DNA from: Patescibacteria group bacterium UBA1406
Lineage (GTDB): Bacteria; Patescibacteriota; Microgenomatia; UBA1406
Assembly (NCBI GenBank): GCA_002305675.1
Contig: DBQA01000007.1
Coordinates: forward strand, 302,653-366,652
Direction of reading: 5' to 3'
DNA length: 64,000 nt
Below, piece after piece: positions 8,445-17,301 of this stretch. The notes under the pieces were generated by a model. It ran no database searches. It saw only the letters and a program-made list of their open reading frames with translations, and was not told the origin of the DNA. Every line of letters begins with the position of its first letter. Position 1 is the first letter of the stretch. The position numbers and the translations under genes were made by a program.

Positions 8445-10304
8445 TTAATTCCTTTTTCGTTTCAAGTATCCTCCCAGGCCTAAGGCCAGGCCGCTTACGA
8501 CCAGGGAAAGGAGCGTCTCCGCTCCGGTCATCGGCAGGACAGCGGCACCGAGGACGGCCCCTCCCCGGGGCCCGATGGCTGCCCCGAGCAGAGGGGGGTC
8601 AGAAACTCTTTCCCCATCATCTGAAACTCCGCCCACCGGTCCGGGCGTTGGCTTTTCTTCGTGCCCGGTAGGAGTGGGGGTGGGTATGGGCGAAGGAGAA
8701 ACTCCCCCGCGGCCCGGATCGATCTCGGTGACGTTCTCGTTTGCGGTCACGGCTGCCTTGACGTTGACCTCAGCCTTACCGGTGGCGATCACTCCGGTGA
8801 CCGAGCCGATATTCCGGTCGGCCCGGTTGTGGCCGGTATTGGCGAAAGCGAAGACGCTTTGCAGTATGTCCAGCCAGTTATGGTTGTTGACGGCAATGGT
8901 ATGGGTGCTGTTCGTGCTGGTATGAATGCTGGTATTGTCTCCAGTGTTGACGACTGAGGTACTCAGTCCGGGGGCGGTGCCGAAGCCGAAGTTGGTACTG
9001 ATGTCTGTCCGGTTTCGGTTGGCGTCGGCCAGAAGGAGAACGTTCACGGTAGCCTGGCCGGTTTGGATGAGACCGGCATTGCCACCGATACTGATGTTGC
9101 GATTGGCGGTATTGTAGCCTGTATTTGCGCTTGCTCTGACATTCTGGTTGATGCGGGCGGTATTGATGTTGTCAACCTGCGTGGATGACAGCTGGTTCGA
9201 ATCAGCGGTCACCTCGACATTGTCGCCGGTGTTGATGACGGTCGGGTCGCCCGCCCCGGGACCGCTCCCGCCTACCGCTGTTTTGTTGGAGTTGACCGTG
9301 GCGTCCATGACGACGTTGACAGTGGCGTCATTGGTTCTGATGGCTCCGGCGTTTCCCCCGAAGGCGATGTTGTTGCTGGCGTTGTTGCCACCGGTATTGG
9401 CATAGCAGGTGGCTGCGTCGACCAGGAGGCCGGGATTGTTCAGGGGCAGGCCGCAGGACTGGCTGACCAGGGCCCGGTTCTCATTGGATACTATAAGGTA
9501 ATGCTGGGTATTGGTCCGATTGGCGAACCGGGAGTTGTCGCCGGTATTGAGAATGACTATGGATGCTCCGCTCCCGGGGCCGCTGCCGTTCCCGTCCCCG
9601 CCGATGAGGGCGATGGAGCCATTTGCGGTCACCAGATAGTTGACGTTGACGGAGGCGTTACCGGTCAGGATGACGCCGGCCGCCCCCCCGATACTGATGT
9701 TTCTGTCGGCGATGTTTCCCCCTGTGTTGGCAGAGGCGCTGGTCACCTGGTTGATGACGGTGGTATTGTTATTGTTGACGGCGGTCAGAGTTTGCGAATT
9801 GGCGTTGGTGGCTGTGCTTAAACTGTTTCCCGTATTGGTGACGGTGGTGGTGTTACCCGATCCACCGCCTCCACCGGCCACGGAGGTGTTGTTGCTGTTG
9901 GCGCCGACAACCCCAAACACATTCACCGCTGCGTCACCGGTGACAATGACACCGGCGTTGCCGCCGATGGCAATGTTGCGGCTGGCTTCGTTATAACCGG
10001 TATTGGCGTCGGCGGTCACGGCTTGGCTCACATTTGCCTCATTATTATTATTGACCGCTGTCGTGGACTCGGTATTGCTGTTGGTGTCGGTATTGACCGA
10101 GTCGCCGGAGTTGACCACGTTCGTGGTGTTAGAACTGCCGGAAGAAGGATAGATGTTGCTTGTTGCTTGGGAGGCCTCTTGGGTTATGGAAGTGGTCAAG
10201 CCTTCTCTGTTTGGAGCCTCCTGTGCGTATGCTATCGAGAAGTTGAACGGGGATAAGGATACTAGGTTGAAGATTAGTAAAGAAGCTATAAGTTTGTTCC
10301 TCAT
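8445..10304 (-). CDS. LPXTG-anchored surface repeat protein P3
   Basis: Start moved to MRNKLIASLL... (signal peptide ending AYAQE). About six NTGDN/ANTGxN...TGxAxV...ANxNxT repeats and a Pro/Thr linker. C-terminal LPMTG, hydrophobic stretch and KRKRN tail at nt 8448-8537. Confidence 0.7.
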   Translation of the reverse strand: MRNKLIASLLIFNLVSLSPFNFSIAYAQEAPNREGLTTSITQEASQATSNIYPSSGSSNTTNVVNSGDSVNTDTNSNTESTTAVNNNNEANVSQAVTADANTGYNEASRNIAIGGNAGVIVTGDAAVNVFGVVGANSNNTSVAGGGGGSGNTTTVTNTGNSLSTATNANSQTLTAVNNNNTTVINQVTSASANTGGNIADRNISIGGAAGVILTGNASVNVNYLVTANGSIALIGGDGNGSGPGSGASIVILNTGDNSRFANRTNTQHYLIVSNENRALVSQSCGLPLNNPGLLVDAATCYANTGGNNASNNIAFGGNAGAIRTNDATVNVVMDATVNSNKTAVGGSGPGAGDPTVINTGDNVEVTADSNQLSSTQVDNINTARINQNVRASANTGYNTANRNISIGGNAGLIQTGQATVNVLLLADANRNRTDISTNFGFGTAPGLSTSVVNTGDNTSIHTSTNSTHTIAVNNHNWLDILQSVFAFANTGHNRADRNIGSVTGVIATGKAEVNVKAAVTANENVTEIDPGRGGVSPSPIPTPTPTGHEEKPTPGPVGGVSDDGERVSDPPLLGAAIGPRGGAVLGAAVLPMTGAETLLSLVVSGLALGLGGYLKRKRN

Positions 10305-10398
10305 GACGAGGGAACTATATTTGCCACCGTTAAGAACGAAATAAAGAAGAAGTAAGATTGTCGTAAGACAATAAGTTTGGCGTGAGAAAAGGCCCTGT

Positions 10399-12354
10399 TC
10401 AGACGGGCAGTTCAATAAGGAATTTGGAGCCTTTTCTGGGTTGGCTTTCGACCTCTATTCTGCCTCTGTGCAGCCGGATGATCTCTGCCGCCAGAAAGAG
10501 CCCCAGCCCAAGACCGGAAATGTTTTTGGTCTTGACCTCGCGCGTCCGGTAGAAGGGCTTGAAGATCTCCTTCTGCTCTCTCTTCGGGATGCCCATGCCG
10601 AAATCCTCCACCGTGATGTTGACCAGTTTCCCGTTCTGTTTGACGTGCACGATGACCGGTTTGTTGTCCGGAGAATATTTCAGGGCATTGGTGATCAGGT
10701 TTGACAGGACCTGTGCAATGCGCTGGGGGTCGGCCTGAATGGTCTTTTTGACCTTAACATCCTTGAGGATCTCTCTGTTTTGGAACAGGGGGGTAAGGTC
10801 GTCCACGATCTTGTTGATCATTTTGTTCAGGTCGACCCTTTCCTTGAAAAGCTGCATCCGGCCGGCCTTGATCTTGTTCAGGTCCAAAAAGTCGTTGATG
10901 AGGTGGGTGAGCTCGTCCGCCTTGTTGTTTATTTTGGTCAGATAGTATTTACTCTTATCGTCTTCGGAATTACGCAGGCGTCTTTGCAGAAGCTCGGTAA
11001 AGGCTTTCAGGCTGGTCAGGGGGGTCTTGAGCTCGTGACTGGCGAAGCCGATCAGGCTGTCCTTTCTCGCGTCCTCCTCTTTGCGCTTACTAATGTCCCT
11101 GAAAACGGATATGAAAGCCCTGGGCCTATTGTCATCGTCTCTTAAGAGCGAGGTACCTATCTCGGCCGGGAAGGTCTCGCCGTTTTTTTTCTTAAACTCT
11201 GCCTCGAAATTTTTGATGATCCCCTGCTTCAGGATAACAGGCAGGATCTTTTTTCGGGCATATTCCAAGCTTTCCTTAACAACGAACTCTTGAGTCTTCT
11301 TACCGATGATCTCCTGAGGATCGCTGTACCCCAGGAGTTCGGCGCAGCGCACGTTGGCGTTAGTGATGCAACTTTGCATATCCGTGACCATGATCGCGTC
11401 CGGAGTGGTTTGGACAAGCGTGCGGTATCTTTCCTCGCTCTGCTGCAGTTTTTTCTGGGCCTCTCTTTGCACCATGAACTGTCCGATCTGGATGCCTATG
11501 GACAGGACGGTCTGGACCAGTTTCCGGTCGAGCTTACGGATCTCATTACTGTTGAATTCCACCACTCCGTAGGTCTTTTCCCTGGTAAATACCGGGAAGA
11601 AAAGGGCGTCTTTCATCCCTTCCTTGCGGGCGATGTGCTTGCGGTTGTAGTTCTTGTGTTTGGTAATGTTGTTTATCCAGAGCGGGATTCTTCTCTTATA
11701 TACCCTTCCCAGAACAGAGCCCTCCGTCCCGACGAAAACCCGTCCGACTTCTTTGCGGAAGGCTTCCTCGTTGCCTTTTTGATGGTGCCAAATCTCTCGG
11801 CAATAGAATTGATCCTTGTTTTTGTCATACAACCAGAACATGCCTATGTTCCAGCCCAGATTACTGCCGAGCACCCTCAATATATTCTGGGCGGCCCGGC
11901 TGAGATTGCCGGCTGTGGCCAGGATGCGGGCCACCGAATACTGGAGGGTGATCTGCAGCTCATCAAGCTTGCGGTCGGTGACATCCCGGCCGGTCGAGAT
12001 GAAGTGGGTTATCTTACCCTCCGCGTCCTTCAAAGGGGTAATGGTCTGGTCCTCATAGTACAGTTCTCCGCTTCTTTTGCGGTTGATGAAAATACCCCGG
12101 AAGACATTTCCGCTGAGGATGGTTTTCCAGAGTTTGTCGTAAAAGGATTTATTGTGGGTCCCCGACTGGACGATTTTGGGTGTTTTTCCGACAACTTCTT
12201 TGGCCGAGTAACCCGTCATCCGGGTGAAAGAGGAGTTGGCATATTCTATGATCCCTTTCCGGTTAGTTATGAAAATGGAGTCTCCCGCCTGCTCCAAAGC
12301 AAAGGCCAGCCTCTCCAATTTGGTATTGCCGTATACAGATATGGCCTTTTTCAT
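10399..12354 (-). CDS. Cytoplasmic sensor histidine kinase (PAS-GAF-PAS-HisKA-HATPase)
   Basis: H-box FASHELKTPLTSL, N-box LITNALKY, G-box DFGMGIP / GLGLGL. PAS-like N-terminus. No TM segment seen. Confidence 0.85.
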   Translation of the reverse strand: MKKAISVYGNTKLERLAFALEQAGDSIFITNRKGIIEYANSSFTRMTGYSAKEVVGKTPKIVQSGTHNKSFYDKLWKTILSGNVFRGIFINRKRSGELYYEDQTITPLKDAEGKITHFISTGRDVTDRKLDELQITLQYSVARILATAGNLSRAAQNILRVLGSNLGWNIGMFWLYDKNKDQFYCREIWHHQKGNEEAFRKEVGRVFVGTEGSVLGRVYKRRIPLWINNITKHKNYNRKHIARKEGMKDALFFPVFTREKTYGVVEFNSNEIRKLDRKLVQTVLSIGIQIGQFMVQREAQKKLQQSEERYRTLVQTTPDAIMVTDMQSCITNANVRCAELLGYSDPQEIIGKKTQEFVVKESLEYARKKILPVILKQGIIKNFEAEFKKKNGETFPAEIGTSLLRDDDNRPRAFISVFRDISKRKEEDARKDSLIGFASHELKTPLTSLKAFTELLQRRLRNSEDDKSKYYLTKINNKADELTHLINDFLDLNKIKAGRMQLFKERVDLNKMINKIVDDLTPLFQNREILKDVKVKKTIQADPQRIAQVLSNLITNALKYSPDNKPVIVHVKQNGKLVNITVEDFGMGIPKREQKEIFKPFYRTREVKTKNISGLGLGLFLAAEIIRLHRGRIEVESQPRKGSKFLIELPV

Positions 12355-12363
12355 AGTCGCTTT

Positions 12364-12414
12364 ATTCTACCATTTTATTACACTTGCATTATATGTAAGA
12401 ATTTGTGTTATAAT
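12364..12414. promoter_or_regulatory. Divergent -10 elements for kinase and regulator
   Basis: Minus strand: TGGTAGAAT (12364-12369 hexamer), 9 nt before ATG 12354. Plus strand: extended -10 TGTTATAAT (12406-12414), 7 nt before ATG 12422. Confidence 0.5.
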
Positions 12415-13093
12415 GCAGTCCATGATACAAACGATTCTGGTGGTGGAGGATGTCGCCGACCTGAACGAGTACCTAAGGGAACTTTTCGTCGAGTCAGGAT
12501 TCAGCGTCCTGACAAGCGCCAGCGGGGTGAGGGCACTGAAGCTGGTGGAAAAAACCCCACCTGATCTGGTGGTCCTGGACCTTGGCCTGCCCGATGTCAA
12601 GGGAGAGACCGTTCTCAAGCAAATAAAAGAGATGTTCCCGGATATGCCGGTCATTGTTTTGACCGCCAAATCAAAGGTGGGGGAGATAGTGAGCGGCTTC
12701 AAACTGGGGGCGGATGATTATATGACCAAACCGTTCTCCGGCGAGGAACTTCTGGCCAGGATCAAGGCCAGGCTCAGGCAAAGAAGCGACAGCGACGTCA
12801 AGCTCAAGGTGGCCGATCTCGAAATGGACCGCGAGGCCCTGACCGTCAAGCGGGCCGGCAAAACCATTCCGCTGACCAAGAAGGAATTCCAGCTTTTGGA
12901 ATTTTTAATGATGAACCGGGACCGCGTCCTGACCCGCGAGATCATCCTGAATAAGGTCTGGTATTACTCTTTGGAGGTGGAAACCCGGGTGGTGGACGTC
13001 TATATAGGCTATTTGCGTAAGAAGATCGACAGTGGCTATGCCAATAAGCTCATCCATTCCGTCAAGGGGTTCGGCTACCTCATCAAGGAGTAA
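12413..13093 (+). CDS. OmpR/PhoB-family response regulator
   Basis: Receiver ILVVEDVADL...LVVLDLGLPD...VIVLTAK plus a C-terminal winged helix (LTKKEFQLLEFL...VDVYIGYLRKKI...GFGY). The track start 12224 overlaps the kinase. ATG 12413 or 12422 is preferred. Confidence 0.85.
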   Translation: MQSMIQTILVVEDVADLNEYLRELFVESGFSVLTSASGVRALKLVEKTPPDLVVLDLGLPDVKGETVLKQIKEMFPDMPVIVLTAKSKVGEIVSGFKLGADDYMTKPFSGEELLARIKARLRQRSDSDVKLKVADLEMDREALTVKRAGKTIPLTKKEFQLLEFLMMNRDRVLTREIILNKVWYYSLEVETRVVDVYIGYLRKKIDSGYANKLIHSVKGFGYLIKE

Positions 13094-13100
13094 GGGAGGC

Positions 13101-13466
13101 TTATACCAGCCGGTTCACCTTCCCCAGAAAATCATCGATACTGAAGGGCTTCTTGATGAAATAGTCAATATATTTCCTGTCCTCAAAAGGAATGACGCTC
13201 TCTTGGGCAGAGATCATGATAATCGGGACTTTCCGCATCTTTTTGTTATGTCTGATCTTTTTTGCCAGTTCGATCCCCTTCTCACCCGGCAGCCACATAT
13301 CGAGGATCAGGAGGTGGACATTGAAGGACTTGATGATGTTGAACAGTGCTTCCCCGTCTTTGAGGCAGACGGTGGTGAATCCCTCGTCTTCCAGCATGTC
13401 CGAGATGCTCTCTAAAATAAGAGGATCATCATCGATGACAACAACTTTCTTGGGCATATAATTCAA
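13101..13466 (-). CDS. Stand-alone CheY-like receiver protein
   Basis: 121 aa. VVVIDDDPL...LLILDMWLPG...IIMISA receiver motifs with no output domain. Confidence 0.8.
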   Translation of the reverse strand: MNYMPKKVVVIDDDPLILESISDMLEDEGFTTVCLKDGEALFNIIKSFNVHLLILDMWLPGEKGIELAKKIRHNKKMRKVPIIMISAQESVIPFEDRKYIDYFIKKPFSIDDFLGKVNRLV

Positions 13467-13594
13467 AAATGCTTATTTAACTTGATAAATATCACATTCT
13501 TGTTTAAAACGAAGATAAAATTCAGGCAAGAAAATGGTAAGAGGAGAAAGAAGCGCCCAGCCGCTTAAGGGCGGCTGAGCCTTCTAAAATCGGT

Positions 13595-13891
13595 TTACTC
13601 GGTGGTTGGCGCCTTGCTTTCTTCACGATTGAATTCTTTTTTCGGTCGAGCAATGTTTACCACTAGTTTTCTGCCCATGACCTCCTTCTCATTCATCTCC
13701 TGCTGGGCCTTCTCGGCGTCCGCTTCCTGTTTGAAGGTCACGAAACCGAAACCCTTCGATCTGCCTGAGAATTTGTCTTTGATAACCACTACTTCCTCGA
13801 TCTCACCGAAGTCTTTGAACAAAGCCTCCATGTCTTTCTCTGTCATCGAGTAGGGCAAGTTGCCAACGTAAAGCTTATTTTTCTGATCCAT
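13595..13891 (-). CDS. RRM-type RNA-binding protein
   Basis: RNP-2 LYVGNL and RNP-1 KGFGFVTF motifs. 98 aa. Confidence 0.85.
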   Translation of the reverse strand: MDQKNKLYVGNLPYSMTEKDMEALFKDFGEIEEVVVIKDKFSGRSKGFGFVTFKQEADAEKAQQEMNEKEVMGRKLVVNIARPKKEFNREESKAPTTE

Positions 13892-14076
13892 TGGATATCA
13901 TCTCCTTCAGCGGGATTGGTGAATTAATTCTGACGCATAAATAGGTATCTAATTACGAATGTTCTTTCCTAATTATAGCACAAAATTTGCCAATGCAAGT
14001 CCAAAACAGAAATATTACCCTTTTCTTATCCCCTTTTTACCCACGCCTTAACCGGGGCTGACATAATCGGGCCTGT

Positions 14077-14379
14077 ATGCGGATACTGATAAATGCGAGC
14101 AACATAGATCTCGACCATGAGCGGGTGGGACAGGTGATAGACAAGCTTGGGAGGCTGGACAAATATCTTCAGAACTACAGCGAAGAGACAAAAACGGTGA
14201 ATATGAGAATCAGCCGAAGATCACGCTTTGGATATAGGATGAATTTCAGTTTAAGACTGCCCGAGAAAAAACACCTTTACGCAAACGCGATCAGCAAGAA
14301 TTTCGTGAATGCCCTGGTTAACTTGCGGGAGCAACTGGAAAAGCAAATTCATCGATTCAGGAATAGACACCATGGTTAA
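14077..14379 (+). CDS. Ribosome hibernation factor-like protein (HPF/RaiA family)
   Basis: 100 aa. The pattern I-x-I-x-A-x-N-I-x-L...KL-x-x-L-x-KY...A...L-x-x-QL-x-KQI resembles short HPF. Confidence 0.5.
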   Translation: MRILINASNIDLDHERVGQVIDKLGRLDKYLQNYSEETKTVNMRISRRSRFGYRMNFSLRLPEKKHLYANAISKNFVNALVNLREQLEKQIHRFRNRHHG

Positions 14380-14505
14380 GGTACTGTCGATCGCCAACAT
14401 CAGTGTCAAACGGATAAAGACAAAGGGGTTCAAGTTCAAGATCTCCCCGGAGATGATGGATGACCATCCGACTTTTTATGAAAGGCTGAAGAAGAGTATC
14501 ATCGC

Positions 14506-16917
14506 CTATTTCAGTTTACCCTCTTGACGTTCGTTTTGGGCAACCAGCCGTCCGTCCCACAGTAGGTTGTTGGCCGAATCTCCGCTGCCGTCATATTTGA
14601 TGGCCACCGCCCCCCGGGTGGAACCGCCGTTGATCCAGACCACGATAGTGCCGCTGTCTATGGAAAAGTTGAGTTCCTTTTCCCAATAGCCGGTATCGTT
14701 GTCGCAGGCAGTGGTATAGGTGGTGCCGCCTGCCCGGAGGGAGATGTTGGCCGTTGTCCCGTCGCATTCGGTCAGGGCGTTGGTGGTGCCGCCGTTATAG
14801 GCATAGCCGGAAATAACGGGCGGCGGCAGTTTCTGGATAAAAACGGCTTCCTTAAAGGGTGGCCTGGTCTCGGTGGTGGAGGTATCGGCGGTGATGGTGG
14901 CCGTGCCGGTGGTGCCCGAGCCGCCCGACACACCCAGAGTGTGGCTGTGGCCGGTGGTGATCACGGTGGCGCCGGTCTTGTTGTTCAGCAAACCTGTCGT
15001 GTTGTCTGTGCCAACGGTCACCGTGTGGCTGTGGGAGTTGACGGCATGGGTGTGGGTGTTGCCTGTCCCGTGGCTGTGGGACAAAGCCCCGCCGGTCGTT
15101 ACGCCTGATTCGCCGTTCGCAGCCGCTCCCTTGATGAACTTGTCGTTCAAATTGGGACAGGTGCCGTTACTGCCGTTGCATAAGACCCAACCCGGAGGAA
15201 TATCCGCGACGGTTCCCAGCCAGGCGGCGATAACATAACTCGGAGTTTGAGACGATCCCGTGCCGTTCTGGATGATATTCAGTTTCATGAAGGGCGGCTG
15301 GGCGTCCGCGTTGGCGACATTGGCCGTGCTATCCGGGCCTTCCGTGGCTGTCTGGGTGCCGATATCGGTTATTGAATGCCGGTGGGTACTAATAGAGTAG
15401 GTTGTCCCGCCTCCCTTGCTTGCTCCCTGCGAACCGGATGCCTGTTCCGTCTGCCCCGTGCCAGTGCCGTGGTCGTGGGCATTCTGGGTATGGGTGTGGC
15501 CGGTGTCCGTATGGCCGTGGCTGTCGCTCGTGCCACCTGTTCCCCCGCCGTTCCCGCCCCCAGCTGCGCCCTTCAGGAAGGTATTCCCTGCCTGCCTGGT
15601 CCAGTTCGTTGGCAGGGTATCGCTCCGGAAAAAGGCCCAGGCGCCGTTCGGGATCTCCGTGGTGCCGTTAGACTGGATCCAGATGACCTCGGTATAGGGA
15701 GGATTGTTGGAGGCGGTACCGAGATTAGCCGACTGGGAGTTGTTGGCAGAGATGCCGGTCATACTTCCCGTGGTATAGGCATGGTCGTGACTGTTTTGGA
15801 TCAGGCCGCTACCTGATCCGGAGGCGGCCGTTGTCCCGCCACTGACCGCAGAGGTGGTGTCGGTGTGGGTGTGGTCAGGGACGCTGTGGGTATGGGTGGG
15901 TGAGGTATGGGTGTGGGAAGCGGCCCCACCAGCCGAGACCGAAGGGTCGGAGGCGGTCCCTTCCAGAAAATAGGTATCGAGCCCGGTTACCCTTGTCCAT
16001 CCTGCCGGAATGGTGCCGGCCGTGCCCGGCCAGGCGACGATGATGCCCGAAGGAACGGCGTCTATAGCAAGCTGCCAGCTTTTCGCCTCTTCATAGATTG
16101 GATCTGCCTTGGCGGCTTGCTTGAATACCAGGGCGCTCAACAGATGGAAGTCCGGGGATTTGGGAGGAGGCTGGAACTCGTAACTCAGTTCATACCGTTT
16201 ACCTCTTTCCCAGTCCACCTGCCAGGCGATGTGCTGTTCCTTCAAATTGCCCTCCCCGTCCCGGCGCTGGATAAGTTCTCCCTGCTGGTCCACCCGCCGG
16301 ACCGTGAACGAAGCCGGCAGCGATTCTTCTATGATGCCGCGGAAGCTTTGTCTGGGGTTGACGACGATCTTTGCCTGGTAAGGACCCGCTGGATAAAGCC
16401 GGGTGGGCATCTCTCTTTCTATTTCAAAAGGGGTGGTCCGGCTGACCCAGAAACGGTCACTGATGCTCCGTTTGCCTTTTGCAGTTTCAGCCGTCAGGGT
16501 TACCGTATAGTACCCGGGGGTTCCCACTATAAAATCTGCCTCAAAGTCCGGTTTGTCAACGAGGTTGTGAATCTCGCACTCGGGGTTGACTTTGATGCCT
16601 TGGTTGGCGGTGGACAGGGTGGTTGTCCTGCCCCAGGGGTTTTTTATCTCCAGGGTCACTTTAGCCTGGCAGGCCATTCTGCCGTCCGGCCTAAGAACGG
16701 CCATGGTCAGTTTGGCCTGCTCACCAGGGCGGTAGACAGCTCTATTTGTGTTGACAGCGAGTACTCCCCACCTGAGGTCCTGCTTCAGTTTTGGTTCGGG
16801 CCCGAAAGAATGCGCATAATCAAAAAGGAGAGTGACCGACGTGATGACGAATAGGGCCACGCCGACCACGGCCAGCAATCTGTGTAACCATGTCAGTTTG
16901 GCCCTTAGTTTAGGCAT
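14506..16917 (-). CDS. Membrane-anchored protein with three phage tail-collar-like modules and HxH-rich tracts
   Basis: N-terminal TM helix. Three modules each contain IPxGW...(NG-T-x-PNL-x-x-KF)-KGA, then runs such as HTHTSPTHTHSVPDHTH / SHGHTDTGHTHTQNAHDH / SHSHGTGNTHTHAVNSHSH, ending PP(Y/F)xxxxxIQ. Confidence 0.6.
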   Translation of the reverse strand: MPKLRAKLTWLHRLLAVVGVALFVITSVTLLFDYAHSFGPEPKLKQDLRWGVLAVNTNRAVYRPGEQAKLTMAVLRPDGRMACQAKVTLEIKNPWGRTTTLSTANQGIKVNPECEIHNLVDKPDFEADFIVGTPGYYTVTLTAETAKGKRSISDRFWVSRTTPFEIEREMPTRLYPAGPYQAKIVVNPRQSFRGIIEESLPASFTVRRVDQQGELIQRRDGEGNLKEQHIAWQVDWERGKRYELSYEFQPPPKSPDFHLLSALVFKQAAKADPIYEEAKSWQLAIDAVPSGIIVAWPGTAGTIPAGWTRVTGLDTYFLEGTASDPSVSAGGAASHTHTSPTHTHSVPDHTHTDTTSAVSGGTTAASGSGSGLIQNSHDHAYTTGSMTGISANNSQSANLGTASNNPPYTEVIWIQSNGTTEIPNGAWAFFRSDTLPTNWTRQAGNTFLKGAAGGGNGGGTGGTSDSHGHTDTGHTHTQNAHDHGTGTGQTEQASGSQGASKGGGTTYSISTHRHSITDIGTQTATEGPDSTANVANADAQPPFMKLNIIQNGTGSSQTPSYVIAAWLGTVADIPPGWVLCNGSNGTCPNLNDKFIKGAAANGESGVTTGGALSHSHGTGNTHTHAVNSHSHTVTVGTDNTTGLLNNKTGATVITTGHSHTLGVSGGSGTTGTATITADTSTTETRPPFKEAVFIQKLPPPVISGYAYNGGTTNALTECDGTTANISLRAGGTTYTTACDNDTGYWEKELNFSIDSGTIVVWINGGSTRGAVAIKYDGSGDSANNLLWDGRLVAQNERQEGKLK

Positions 16918-17017
16918 TTTTTTAACTCACACAACAATATTGCCCTCAGCGAGGGTACAGAACTATTCTACGAAAAAAACAGGTTTTTGGAAAGAGAAAA
17001 GAGCCTTGAGTCAGTGT

Positions 17018-17206
17018 TTAGAAAGCGATGATCCCAAGTCGCGACAGGATGACGATGGCCACGCCCGCCACCATACCAAGCCAGAAGGGCAACCAGTTGG
17101 CATGCCGGAAACTTTCTTTATCGATTTCTACCGTGACCGGAAGTTTCTTGGTGAGCATAAATTTTGTAAAAAACTGATATTTAAAAACAGACGCTAACCT
17201 TACCAT
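17018..17206 (-). CDS. Small C-terminally anchored membrane protein (hypothetical)
   Basis: 62 aa with a single hydrophobic helix WLPFWLGMVAGVAIVIL. Weak support. Confidence 0.3.
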   Translation of the reverse strand: MVRLASVFKYQFFTKFMLTKKLPVTVEIDKESFRHANWLPFWLGMVAGVAIVILSRLGIIAF

Positions 17207-17301
17207 TTTTGTAAAAGCAATGTCAAGGGCAGGTAAGGAGGGTGTAAGAAGGGCTCTTACCGTTTTCTGATTTAAGTCTGCTAACCTACTGGTCTTAGGA
17301 C

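Noticed and set aside
5554-10344. Dozens of plus-strand ORFs (for example 6229-6630, 6503-7048, 7267-7653, 8255-8671, 9640-9996) and the strong periodicity of the DNA.
   Set aside because: They are antisense shadows of the three repeat-protein genes. Their translations are low-complexity and lack starts with signals. The periodicity is coding repeat structure of ~120/285 nt with divergent copies, not a CRISPR array: there are no identical short repeats with unique spacers.
11290-12564. 424-aa plus-strand ORF overlapping the histidine kinase.
   Set aside because: It is entirely antisense to a kinase gene with clear H/N/G boxes. Its translation has no motifs and reads through the divergent promoter. 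The true plus-strand gene is the response regulator starting at 12413/12422.
15376-16854. Plus-strand ORFs of 146 and 315 aa opposite the tail-collar gene.
   Set aside because: They are GC-rich antisense frames, Arg/Gly/Pro-rich, with no signals. The minus-strand product has coherent domain structure.
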